DNA from: Octopus bimaculoides
Taxonomy: Eukaryota
Length of the DNA stretch: 64,000 bases
Direction: 5' to 3'
NCBI RefSeq assembly: GCF_001194135.2
Contig: NC_068981.1
Coordinates: 66,706,189-66,770,188 of the forward strand
This document shows, in pieces, positions 51,689-63,806 of this stretch. Each line of letters opens with the position of its first letter. The stretch's first letter is position 1. A program made the position numbers and the translations under genes. A model generated the notes under the pieces. The model was not told the DNA's origin. It did no database searches and worked only from the letters and a program-made list of their open reading frames with translations.

Positions 51689-52200
51689 GCTCTCTACATC
51701 TCTAAAGGCAGTCACAAAAAACTGCTACCTTTTTCATTCCCTATGTCTTCCTCCTTCTCTCATTGACTCCCAGTTCTCAGTTTCATTCACTTCTATTACA
51801 ATGACCTCTGAACTAGTAAACTGCATATCTTCCTCCATTTAGGACAGCCTGATGCACCTTCTTCTTCTTCTTCTTCTTCTTCTTCTTCTTCTTCTTCTTC
51901 TTCTTCTTCTTCTTCTTCTTCATCTTCCTCTTCTTCTTCTTCTTCTTCTTCATCTTCCTCTTCTTCTTCTTCTTCTTCTTCTTCTTCTTCTTCTTCTTCT
52001 TCTTCTTCTTCTTCTTCTTCTTCTTCTTCTTCTTCTTCTTCTTCTTCACTTTGCCATTCTTCAGTTCTCACAAAACACTTTGTCCAATCAATCTTTCCAA
52101 AAGCTGCAATTTTAGGATTCTTTCTCCACCCCATCTCTTTACCACCAAACATCGATCTACAGATGTTCAAACTGGACATTAATTTTGTCAATCTTACCTG
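51590..52200 (+). mobile_element. Highly decayed LINE RT remnant (Rex1/Babar- or L2-like), split by microsatellites
   Basis: PEPDNFKPIAL..LPPSLIDSQF resembles NDxRPIAL..LPxSLDxxQF. Confidence 0.35.
51859..52047. repeat. (CTT)n/(GAA)n microsatellite of about 190 bp
   Basis: Direct inspection; has two identical catcttcctc interruptions 30 nt apart. Confidence 0.97.
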
Positions 52201-53127
52201 TCTGGGCGGGTCTGTAAAAGTGAGCGATGCTTCTCCTCTTCCTCTTCCTCCTCCTATGATTAAAAAAGAAATTATATAGAAATAGAAATATCCTTATGAA
52301 TAAATTTAATGCTACATTTCAATTTTAAATTGATTGAGAAGTTATAATTAACTTGTTTTACTAATTTTTATTCCTAATAAAAATGTTTAGATCAAATTGA
52401 AGGATGTTATTAAGCATTCACAACAAAGATATAATTTGTAAACATTAACTTGCCTTGAAGTTAACTTGAAATGAGGTTCAGTTATTTATTAAGAAATGTC
52501 TGCATTAGCAAATGTATTGCTAATGCAATTGTCTATCTACATAATTACATCACCTTATTGGTGGTACTGAGAGTAAATTCTCAGCTAGGTTTCATACATC
52601 AATCTCTTTCTTTTCCTAACTACTCACGTTTTCATTCCTTCTCTCTTGTCTGTATGTGTGTGTAGAACGATAAATAGATATACACACTTGCACATATCGA
52701 TAGATAAATGTCATTATGAGGTCATTTGACAGTGCTGAGAAGTATTGTTCAGTTGTTCCTAGATACCTGACACTGAAAGGAAAAAGAAGAGATTCACAAC
52801 AGATATGATGGGTAGGCTATATCCCAGTGCAACAATGGACATGTATAAAGATAGATTCAGTTCTGTTGATATGCTTGATAATTTGGGTTCAATCTCACTG
52901 TGTGATACCATGGACAGTTGTCTTCTATTATAGTCTCAGGCTGCTCCGTGCTTTGTGAGTGAATTTGGAAGATGAAATCTGTACAGAAGCTTGCCATGTG
53001 TCTATGTATGTGTATTATAATTTACGATAAGGTACAAACAAAAGAGTACTAGTAATACAAATGTAGAGATTTATAGTTTTTATTTTAGAGACCACTGTAC
53101 AGCTGTTTCAGTTAGTTTTGGTCAAAT

Positions 53128-53575
53128 GTGATCTATAAAAGGGTAGATTATATGAAGAATGCATATGGATTGGATGCTGCATGGTGGTGCGGTGTGGGCA
53201 CTGAATGCAGAAAATGAGTGAAGTTTGGAAGAAACAAGGAAAGCCGATCTACTGGATGTGTGAAGTTGCTGTATGTGAACGATAAGGCATAACTGAGCTG
53301 AGAGGAATCTGTTATAATGTGCAAGAGTGATGGTTATGCTTGTATGGACATGTAATGTGTATGGGTGATGACAGACAGGTGACAAAGTGCCAGGAGATTC
53401 ATGTGGAAGAATACTTTGAAAGAGGAAGACCAAGGGTGACCTGAGCAGAAGTGGCAAAAGTTGATCTTGAACCTCACCAAAGAGATGACAAATGAAGAAT
53501 CCAGTGATGGGGCACTGTGTAAGGAAAGATTCATCTAACAGGGAAAAAGTGGATGTAAAAATCATCATGATGATG
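53128..53575 (+). mobile_element. Old RTE LINE 3' fragment
   Basis: Degenerate IKGRLYEEC..MLHGGAVW..LYGHVMCMGDD..RGRPRVT*AEVAK, ending in a (GAT)n tail. Confidence 0.7.
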
Positions 53576-54350
53576 CACATACACATATATAGGTATACAT
53601 ACATATACATTCTCTCTCTCTCTTTCTCTTTCTATCTGTCTATCTATCCGTGTGTGTACCTGTTTATAAGTACATGAATGTTTGCTTACCATGTCCTGTT
53701 GCATGACAGTATTTGAGTATCCTGTGAAAAATATTACCCATTGCCTATTTGTTTTGATGTTTGAACATTGACAGAGGAAAAATACCTTATTTATAAAAAA
53801 ACACAAGGGCTGGCAATATGAAGGGTATCTCTTGGTAGATTTTCTGTTTTATATAAGCTTTGTCTAATCCATTCCAGCACCAAAAAGTTAACAGTAAAAT
53901 GATGATGTATATTGTGTGTGTGTGATCATCCTCATCATCAAGAAAGAAATGATTGGTGGAGACAGTAGACAGGCAGAGGGAGGGAGAAATGATAACTGAG
54001 AAGGCCAGGAGATGTAGTATATGCCTATTTTACTCTCAGGTGATAGAGAAGTGGTAGGAGTATATATGCATGCATGCATGCACACATACACACACACACA
54101 CATATATATAATGGACTTCTTTCAATTTCTGTCTCTTAAATCCATTCACAAGGTTGTCATTGGCCTGGTGCTATAGACACTTACCTAAGGTGTTATGCAG
54201 TGGGACTGAACCTGAAACCATGTGGTTGGGATGTAAACTTCTTAACCACACAGCCACACGCATACACACAGACACAATCAATAAACATTACATTTGAATA
54301 TCAGAATCCATGATTTTACATTTCTTTCTTTTTTTTTTTTTCTATTTCAG

Positions 54351-54462
54351 ACATTTTGAAGCCAGTGAACCACGTCTGCTGCGAGTCAGTATGAATTCAT
54401 TTATCGATCATTTAGTCCTCGTACAACAAACCATTAACAAGTTTGGGCCGCCGTTAACTTGA
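54351..54462 (+). CDS. LAGE3: Terminal coding exon of an EKC/KEOPS complex subunit LAGE3/Pcc1 (CTAG/Pcc1 family)
   Basis: A strong polypyrimidine tract and CAG acceptor (54321-54350) precede 1 nt plus HFEASEPRLLRVSMNSFIDHLVLVQQTINKFGPPLT*. This matches the recalled human LAGE3 C-terminus (RWKAEDCRLLRISVINFLDQLSLVVRTMQRFGPPVSR). Upstream exons were not found in the readable sequence. Confidence 0.9.
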
Positions 54463-54683
54463 GAGAGACAGAAGGAACAAGCGATACATTCTCAGAGTAA
54501 TCTCAGCCATCTTTTAATGAAGAACTCTGACTGCACTTGGAGCTACTATCACTGCCGCTAACATAATGACAACTGCTAGACTCATACTGCACACTTACTA
54601 ATACTACTACTACTACTAATAATAATTATACTACTACATCTAACATCATCACTGCTGGCACTACTGCTGTTACTGCTACTATC

Positions 54684-54689
54684 AATAAA
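54684..54689 (+). terminator. Probable polyadenylation signal of LAGE3
   Basis: AATAAA about 220 nt after the stop codon, followed by a T/GT-rich tract (tttctgtatttctgtcagtctgtc). Confidence 0.5.
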
Positions 54690-55224
54690 ATTTCTGTATT
54701 TCTGTCAGTCTGTCTGTCAAGATAAGTAAAATTATACATACATGCAAACTGTGTGTTCACTTACATACATACATACATATATATATATACATGCAATAAT
54801 GTATCACGCACACACATATATACATAAGTGTATGTATATATGTATGATTGTGTGTGTGATGAAGGCTAGCATGCCCATCTCTTGAAAATGTCTAATAAAC
54901 ATGTACTCTATTAAAAAGTATTGGGTAATTCTTCAATTTAATGTTACTTTTATATATTAACAAAAACAAACATTAATATTTGTATGTATATATATATATT
55001 TGTATATATATAAATATATATATATATATANNNNNNNNNNNNNNNNNNNNNNNNNNNNNNNNNNNNNNNNNNNNNNNNNNNNNNNNNNNNNNNNNNNNNN
55101 NNNNNNNNNNNNNNNNNNNNNNNNNNNNNNNNNNNNNNNNNNNNNNNNNNNNNNNNNNNNNNNNNNNNNNNNNNNNNNNNNNNNNNNNNNNNNNNNNNNN
55201 NTTTCACATATCAACTTTCTCACC

Positions 55225-55261
<37 letters not shown>

Positions 55262-56199
55262 ATATCTTTGGGAATATATATATGTATGTATACATGTACA
55301 TATATATATATGTTTTATATCTGTGTTTGGATTGTGATAACTGTGGGTTATTCTAAATTGGATATTCTACTTTATCTAGAAGTATACACCAAGATGTGCC
55401 ATGGCTAATTAAAAACCAATTTGAAAAAAATATTTTTCTCTATTGTTATCTCACCAATAAATGTATCGAGACTGATTAATATCTTTACCCAACATTTCAA
55501 TTTACAGCCAGACTACTTCATGTGGCTAAAGGGTAATCTGAGTGCTTGAATAAAATTGTTTGACTACATGTATTTGGTTGTCACTTACTTAACCCCCACC
55601 CAGATGAATCATTTCTCAGAAGCATTTTATTTTGAATTGATTTTTCTGTTTTACTTAAAATGAAAGTTTTTTTTTTGTTTATTACTGCTGAAAATTTTTT
55701 CAGCGTGATATTTTATGATTTTTTAAATAAATATATGTATGTGCAATAGAAACCCATTTTGTTTTTTCTCATGCATGCTCATTTTATGATTATAAGAAAG
55801 TGGTAAAAAAGAGTAAAAATCAAGAGAGGATAAACAGACTTTATTTGCAAAGAATCTGGCATAATTTATTTAGTATCATAATTTCAGAAACATGGTGTTA
55901 CATAGGAGAATATTACAGATGGGTACATATATTGTGATTTGTAATGAAATATTTTTCCACTGCTGTCTCGTTTCGTTGCATAAACTTTGTATTGTCTTGT
56001 TGGTATTTCTTCTCAGCAGGAAGAATATCCACTGGAAAATGTCCAGATGAAAACATGGACTAGGATTAGATGCTGAGGGCCTTCAAGCTTTTGGATGTGG
56101 AATAAACATAGCTGTATGCTTACCCTGTTTGATGTAGTAGATTTTTATCTGTCTTTAATGAAAACTCTTCTAAAAGCCATGGATTTTGCACACACCCAT

Positions 56200-57250
56200 C
56201 AGAACTAGAGAAGTTTCAGGTGTGGAAGCAAGGACTAGAATCAAAGGGCCTTAGAGTCAACCTAGCTAAAACCAAAGTCCTAATAAGTAGGAAGGTAGAC
56301 AAAACACAACCCCCTTCAGGTAGATGGCCCTGCTCGATCTGTAGAAAAGGCATAGGTAGAAACTCCATAGGATGTACCCAGTGTAAGCTTTGGACACATA
56401 AGAGGTGTAGCAATATCAAAGGAAGGCTAACTAGGAAGTTAGTTTGTATGTGACAGATGTTCAGAAGCAATAAAATGTGCAGAAAACAACTTCTGCCACA
56501 TTCCAGGGAGAAAAACTAGACGTAGTTGATAGCTTCCGTTATTTAGGTGACCAAGTTAGTAGCGGGGGAGGTTACGCTGAAAGTGTAGCTGCTAGAATAA
56601 GAATAGCCTGGGCAAAGTTCAGAGAGCTCTTACCTCTGCTGGTGACAATGGGCCTCTCGCTCAGAGTGAAAAGGAGACTGTATGACGCAAGTGTACGAAC
56701 AGTCATGCTACATGACAGTGAAACGTGGGCCGTGACTGCTGAGGACATACGTAAGCTCGCAAGGAATGAAGCCAGTATGCTTCGATGGATGTGTAATGGC
56801 AGTGTGCATACTCAGCAGAGTGTAAGTACCTTGAGAGAAAGATTGAACCTATGAAGCATCAGTTGTGGTGTGCAAGAGAGACGATGAGGGTAGCTGTGTG
56901 AAAAAGTGCCACACCCTAGCAGTTGAGGGAACCTGTAGAAGAGGTAGATGCAGGAAGACCTGGGATGAGGTGGTGAAGTATGACCTTCGAACATTAGGCC
57001 TCACCGAGGCAATGACTTGTGACTGAGACCATTGGAAATATGCAGTGCTTGAGAAGACTCGGCAAGCCAAGTGAGACCATAATCCAAGGCCTCTGCCAGG
57101 GGTGTAGCCAGCCCACTTATGCGTACCTTTCCTCCATTAGACACTAAACTCTGCTTGCGAAGACCTGTTGAGGCAAGTGAAATCGAAATCGAACCAAATT
57201 TGACGACTGGCACCCATGCCAACCTCTCCTTCATTGAACACTAAACTCGG
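56200..57250 (+). mobile_element. 5'-truncated RTE-clade LINE (RT thumb with inserted PHD-like finger, C-terminus and 3'UTR)
   Basis: WKQGLESKGLRVNLAKTKVL, CSICRKGIGRNSIGCTQCKLWTHKRC, VDSFRYLGDQ, RIRIAWAKFRELLPLL, LYDASVRTVMLHDSETW, RGRCRKTWDEVV. Contains frameshifts and an internal deletion. Confidence 0.92.
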
Positions 57251-57287
57251 TTTTGGGTTAAAAAAACAAACAAACTAAAACAAGGAT

Positions 57288-58110
57288 GAATTGTTCGATA
57301 TTCATACAGGTGACTATGACGGTTGCATGGTTATAGGTGTTTATATTCTGGATTCTTTGCTTCAGAAAATCCTAAATTTAAGTGCAGGTTTATACAGGGA
57401 TGGTGGCCTTATTACTAATAATATTAACATGTATGAGCGAGAGGGACTCGGGAAGGATCTTAAGTTATTTGAGTGTACGAATCTAAAAATCACTGCTAGT
57501 ATAAACCTTGGTACTGTCAGCGTCTTAGGTGATACTTTAGATTTAGAAACTAACAGTTTAAAGCTTTACTGTAAGCTTAACGAAAGGTTAGTCTATATCA
57601 GTAATAATTCCAATCATTCACCTAACATCCTTAACATAGTTCGTAGCTTAAGTAAACGAATCTTTTTGTTGTCAGTGGATGAGGTGACTTTCAACACTGT
57701 CACTTTATTGATCTACATAAGAGCAGTAGGCTCTCAGAACAGATTCGTTATGTGAGCATTGAAAATAATCTTAGAAGAACTCGGACTGAAAAGGTCTAAT
57801 GGTTCCGTGCAACATTCAATATTAGTGTTTGACTACTGAAGCTAGGGAATTCTTAAATTTAGTGGTTAGGCATTTCCCTCAAAGCATTAGTATTATAAGA
57901 TATTAAACAGAAGCACCCTGTTAACTATTCTTGTTGGTAAGCCATTATAATGTGAAAAGACTCCGAAAGCCAATGAAAATGAGAAAATCTTAAATGTACT
58001 TGTATAGACTCCAGCAGCTGCTTCTGCAATGACATTCCATTATGTTTAAGAGAAATATTTTATCCCGTTTCAGGATAAATTGGCTTTAAACTGAAAATCT
58101 GAATTATTGA
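57288..58110 (+). mobile_element. Decayed Penelope-like retroelement, RT and linker region
   Basis: FDIHTGDYDG..GLYRDGGL..LGDTLDLET..YISNNSNHSPNI..SKRI corresponds to FDVxMGSxDG, GLYRDDGL, FLDVTLDL and SNHPP. It continues with frameshifts into WFRATFN..EFLNLVVRHFP..KILNRSTL. Confidence 0.8.
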
Positions 58111-58197
58111 ACTGCTGCAATTTTTTTTGAAAACTTTTGGTTTCGAGACCTCTTTTCCTGAACGGATGATGTACAAAGTCATTTCACTTTACCACAA

Positions 58198-58236
<39 letters not shown>

Positions 58237-58262
58237 ATTATTATCATTATTATTATTATTAG

Positions 58263-58470
58263 GAAGGCGGTGAGCTGGCAAAATCATTAGCGCGCCGGGC
58301 AAAATGTTTAGCGGTATTTCGTCCGTGTTTACATTCTAAGTTCAAATTCTGCCGTTGTCGACTTTACTTTGCATCCTTTCGGGGTCGATAAAATAAGTAC
58401 CAATCAAGCACTGGGGTCGATGTAATCGACTAGCACTTCGCCTCAGGCCTTGTGCCTATAACAGAGGATT
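58263..58470 (+). mobile_element. tRNA-derived SINE family C (head ggcggtgagctggcag; core ggggtcgataaaataagtacc)
   Basis: Complete copy embedded in (ATT)n on both sides. Confidence 0.85.
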
Positions 58471-59554
58471 ATTATTATTATTATTATTATTTGGAATATG
58501 TTGCGCGTCTTCCTGTTCTATCTTTAATCATTTGACTCCCTTCAACCATCACATTTGATCCTTATACAATCCTTACATAATGTTATAACTTCTACATAGT
58601 TGTTCATTGATTATGTTACACGTTCTGAATTTGGCTCTGACTGAATAAGTTTTAAATCTTTAAATTATTGTTGTCCTTTTGAAATTGAATTTTTCCTTAA
58701 ACCTTCTGAAATTGTATTTCATCCACTAATTTTGAACAGTTCTGGTAAAACAACATACAATAATGGTTTTACTTCTTGCTCCCTCCATTGGAGATCTGTT
58801 TTTCTCTTCGCTCTTATACATGCTTTCTCACTGTCACCTTTCCTTCCTTCTTGTGTATACCTATATAGTATTGAAACTGTCGTAATGTATCGATGTAGAT
58901 GCGTCATGTATCAGAGCTTACCTAATCCCTCTCACCTCTCTCAGAAACTAGATGTTGCTCTAGCGATATCCTTTCATGTTTTTTACACAAACTCTGTCTC
59001 ACTTTCCATTATATCAGTTACATTTTATTTATATGATAATCATTTGCCCTCATTTTAGCAATAAAAAAAATTACTTGCTCTGTCTATGTTTCTTAAATTC
59101 TAAAACGTTTTTTTTTTGTCTGAGTTTTTCTCGTCTGCAAATATTATAACTATAACCCTGTAACAATGCACAACGATTCATTTTTATCTAAATTCTATTA
59201 CTCAATTTTGAAGTTTATATTACTTTTTGTCAACAGTCAGTTGTATTATCCAATAGATTCCATTAATTTTGAAATGTCATAACTCTTGTTGAATAAAGCT
59301 TTAAGTGTATATTTGATTATTTTTTAAATAATACTTACTGTGCGATTTTATAACCATAAATAAGTCATTGTATTGATCCAAAAGTTCTGTCTGATAGAAT
59401 TGCTTACGTGAAACTCAGAGTTGCGGTTCGTGAATTTCATTTTTTCCTTTTAGTTTCTCTTAAAGAATATAACTCTAACTTAAGTATTTGTATACTATTT
59501 TCTCCATTCCTGTTTTGCGCCTATATGATCACAGGTATTTCCGTGTGTGTCTGC

Positions 59555-59589
<35 letters not shown>

Positions 59590-59632
59590 CATGCACACTC
59601 GAGTGTGTGTGTGNNNNNNNNNNTGTGTCTGC

Positions 59633-59667
<35 letters not shown>

Positions 59668-59865
59668 CATGCACACTCGAGTGTGTGTGTGTGTGTGTGT
59701 GTATATATAATTTTATATACCTCAACTACTGATATCTGTGCTTCCTGATTAAGTTTCTCCCCATATATATGTATTTGTATGCATATGTGTGTGCGTAGAC
59801 ATGTTAGCATGTATATGTGTATAAGTATGTATACATCTATATCAGTCTATATATATATCAATCTA

Positions 59866-59904
<39 letters not shown>

Positions 59905-60469
59905 AGTTTATATATATATATATATATGAAAACTTATGGAAGTTTCATAAGAGTGTGAGGTGAGATGGTTAGAGATGGGATAGTAGCAGGTGTGTATGTG
60001 GTGAGTGCGTGTATGCAGGCGGCTACTGCAGCAAGTCATGGTGAGAGATATAGAAGTGGCTCAAGTGAGGCTATGGTAGATATGTGAGGGCACTGAGATC
60101 GATAGCCGTTAGGAGGCGTCTTAAGGATGGAGAATAGCAAGTGGGAGACAGAGCAATGGCTGAAGACACAGAAAGGAAGCAACTGGTGGAAATCGTGGGT
60201 AGGGAAGATAATGAGAAATGGAAGTATTTCTAGGGATGGTGAGGAAGCTAACCAAAAGGACGGAGGATGTAGTATGGGCCTATTCTGCTCTTGGATGATT
60301 AAGAGAGCTGAGTACACCACAGAAGTAATGGTTGTTTAGGGATGAGATGTAGAGGAAATGCATGACGGGGTACTGAGAGTGGAAGTGGAGCAGGGCCATG
60401 CGCGTAAAAGTATTATCAAGGTGGTTTTAGGATATCAATTCTACTGTGGCGGACGGGTCTTCTTGGACA

Positions 60470-60900
60470 CAACAAAACACCACTCATCTCAGCCCTTTGT
60501 CAACTTCGTCGTAAGTTCCAGCATCTTGAGATCATCTTTAGTACATCATCCTACGTTTTACCTGGGTCTTTCTCTTCCATAAGTTCTATCTATTTTAAAT
60601 GATCGGCACTTCTTTATGCAACAATCCTAATCCATATGCATCACACGACTAAACCAGCGGAATCTTCTCTCTTGCACACTACATCTAATTCCTCTCCTGA
60701 CTTACTCATTGCTCAGCCAACGGAACATACTAGCTTAATCCCATCGTCCCTAATCTTTGCATGCCCTCTGCATTCAAGGCCCACGCCTCACTACCATGTA
60801 TCATTGCTGTTCGTACACAAGAATCATCCAACCTTTCATTGATGCGGAGAGAGAAACCTTTTATTTCTAACAAATGCAAAAGCTCTCTGAATAGCTAGCC
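60470..60900 (-). mobile_element. Old RTE LINE 3' fragment
   Basis: Minus strand reads FRELLHLL..GFSLRINERLDDSCVRTAMIHGSEAWAL..RGIRCSVQERRFRWF. Confidence 0.75.
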
Positions 60901-61211
60901 TTCTATGTGATTTGTAATTGTACAAAATGCGTGCAATGTATAGCATGCATATTCATGCAGACATGTAAAATAATCTATTATACATATACATTAAAAATAT
61001 TACATGATGGAGGCTGCGAAACTGCCGTACTCCCTCCCCCTCTCCCCCTCNNNNNNNNNNNNNNNNNNNNNNNNNNNNNNNNNNNNNNNNNNNNNNNNNN
61101 NNNNNNNNNNNNNNNNNNNNNNNNNNNNNNNNNNNNNNNNNNNNNNNNNNNNNNNNNNNNNNNNNNNNNNNNNNNNNNNNNNNNNNNNNNNNNNNNNNNN
61201 NNNNNNNNNNN

Positions 61212-61246
<35 letters not shown>

Positions 61247-62193
61247 TATATTAGTATATACACACATGCGTAATGGATACACACACACACACACAAAGCT
61301 AAAATGATATGAACTGAAAAAAGAAAGACGAATTCTTTTTTAGAAAATACAATTTTAAAATTTTTATTTTAAATTAAGTTGAAATGGAAATTGAGAATTT
61401 AGTTAGATGTTTGTCAATCATAATATCACCACTCAAATTCACATCAATAACTTAATAGACTTTTCTAGTGATGACCAAGTCAGATATATTGTTTGTGAAA
61501 AGTTAATTTGAATAGCAAATCCTCAGCTTATCAGTCTGTCTATGTGTGATGTTTTATTTTAGGTGTAATCAACACAATCATAGCACATTAATAACACAAC
61601 ACTGTCCAACTTAAATTATGTATGTTAATGTGTGTTATGCACATGTAATGTAATCGTATGTTGTATATATCAGTCGAGGTGTTAGTCTTGCGTGATGATG
61701 TGAGTGTATCCGATGTGTTTATGTGATCTGTGTAGTATTTTGCTATTTCAAATGGTAAGAGTACAGTTGCATGCGTGTGTGTGTGTGTGTGTGTGTGTTT
61801 GTGCAAGCTTGCGTATGTTTTGGCTGGCTTTGCTCAACAGCCTGTATATAATATATGTGCGATAGAATTAAACACACTTAAAAGATCAGATGCTATGTAG
61901 CACACATATCTAACAAATATTCGAACATGTATGTGATGTGTGCTTGTTTGTGTATGTATGTATGTATGTATGTATGTATGTATACACACACATACACACA
62001 CACACACATATATATATATAGATTGATATAGATGTATACATACTTATACACATACATATGCTAACATGTATACGCACACACACATGCATACAAATACATA
62101 TATATATATAGGGAGAAACTTAATCAGGAAGCACGGAAATCAGGAGATGATGTATATAAAATTATATACACACATATATATACACCTCCACTA

Positions 62194-62227
<34 letters not shown>

Positions 62228-62479
62228 NNNNNNNNNNNNNNNNNNNNNNNNNNNNNNNNNNNNNNNNNNNNNNNNNNNNNNNNNNNNNNNNNNNNNNNNN
62301 NNNNNTATATATGTGTATATATATATATATACACACACACACTCGAGCGCGCATGTATACAGACACACACATAAATTTTCAAAAATTCATTTTCGTAAAA
62401 AGCTTCCTTCCATCATTTCCAAGGAGATCAGCAGATAATCAACGAAAGGCATACACTTACGACTCTGACTCGACATTTG

Positions 62480-62800
62480 TCAGATTCAGCGACTCGTATT
62501 GTTTGGTGTGCCCGCCGTGGACTGTTGTAAGAACACAGTGCCCAGTGTGCAACGTGCAGTGTGAACTTATAAATAGGGGAGACATTAACGACGGTTAAAC
62601 GTAGTACTACTGCAACACGTGCAAAAATAAAGCTAGTATTCGTCAAAGCAGTTGGTTCGAAAACAGCCATCCCAGTTTGTACAATATCCTCCTTCTATCA
62701 TATCGCTGGGCCTACGACTTCTCTCAGAATGACATTTCTTGTGAGATTCAGTGCAACAAGAATAATTTGTGTTGATTGGTGCAATTTCTGTCGTGCGTTG
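62480..62800 (+). mobile_element. Merlin/ISXO2-like transposase remnant (N-terminal zinc ribbon and HTH)
   Basis: QCPVCNVQCELINRGDINDG*T*YYCNTCKNKASIRQSSWFENSHPSLYNILLLSYRW..then, after a frameshift, VDWCNFCR. Confidence 0.7.
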
Positions 62801-63367
62801 ATTTTACAAACGTGCAATAGGAAATTACCAATAATATTATTAAAATAGTTAATAACGAAAAACCAAATTCAAACTGTTTGATGAAGCAATTTCAAAGAAT
62901 ACCTAAATGAAAACAAATAAGCGAAATGCATATTCTTACGTTATCAAGGTTCCCGCCTTTTTCTATCCTCCCATCCATTCACCCTCTCCAATCTTCTGTA
63001 CCAGTTCACTTATATTCACACCCCACTTTACCTTAAGTGTATGCCTCGACTTACCACCACTACCACCACCACCACCACCACCACCACCACTTCACTAACT
63101 GACTCACTTTCTCTGTCTTTCTAACTCTCTCTCCATTCTTTTCCAACTGGGATAGCCATGTATCACCCCTACTACAAGATACCTATTTCTATCCCTCTAT
63201 TATACATTAAACTCTCATCAACTGTTCCAAAGCAATCGCCTTCAATACTACTTCCATTTCTAATCGAGGGGACCTTGTCTTGCAAGTTACTTGGTGACCC
63301 CACCGGTGTTGGTGCCACGTGAAAAGCACCCAACACACTCTGTAAAGTGGTTGGCGTTAGGAAAGGC

Positions 63368-63806
63368 GGAACTTTTTGGTTATCTCACCCCCCATTAAAA
63401 AATTGCCATTAAAAAATTTCCATTAAAAAATTGGGTTATCTCCCCACTAAAAAGTTGATTTTATGTGGCGACAAGAGATTGGATTAAAAGGGTTAAATCC
63501 TTTTGATTCAATACTTCAACACATTGTTGACATTTGGCCTCCTCAACACGCATGGTATGATTTGTTATGCAAATGTTATTAGATTCAATAAGATGTTTAA
63601 TTTTTTCAGTTATCATGTTTATTAATTTTTTCAGTTTTGTATGTATAATTTGTTATAAAAATATTATCAAATTCAGTAAGATGTTTAATCTTTTCACTTC
63701 CCATGTTAATTAATTTTTTTGTTTTATTGAGGGGTAAACAATTTTTTTAGTTGGGGGAAATAACCCAATTTTTTAATGATTGGGGGTGAGATAACCAAAA
63801 AGTACC
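63368..63806. mobile_element. Merlin-like MITE inserted in an RTE-type tail
   Basis: TIRs of about 60 bp start GGAAC/GGTAC (ggaactttttggttatctcacccc ... ggggtgagataaccaaaaagtacc). Flanks ggaaaggc / ggaagaaa may be a degenerate 8-bp TSD. The host repeat resumes after the insertion. Confidence 0.65.

Noticed and set aside
51796-52191. Poly-Glu, poly-Lys and poly-Leu ORFs
   Set aside because: Translations of the (CTT)n microsatellite.
52715-53718. Further minus-strand exon-like segments (53687-53718, about 52690-52765, about 37251-37320, about 18156-18196)
   Set aside because: AG...GT-bounded open stretches of this size are expected by chance in 64 kb of AT-rich DNA, and I could not build a unique, recognisable reading path.
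58600-59060. CpG-retaining region with short ORFs on both strands
   Set aside because: Multiple stops and no recognisable motif; probably an unclassified decayed transposon.
59525-59700. Tandem duplications flanking 10-N gaps (also 19225-19300 and 39570-39635)
   Set aside because: Identical sequence on both sides of a 10-N spacer is a typical unmerged contig overlap.
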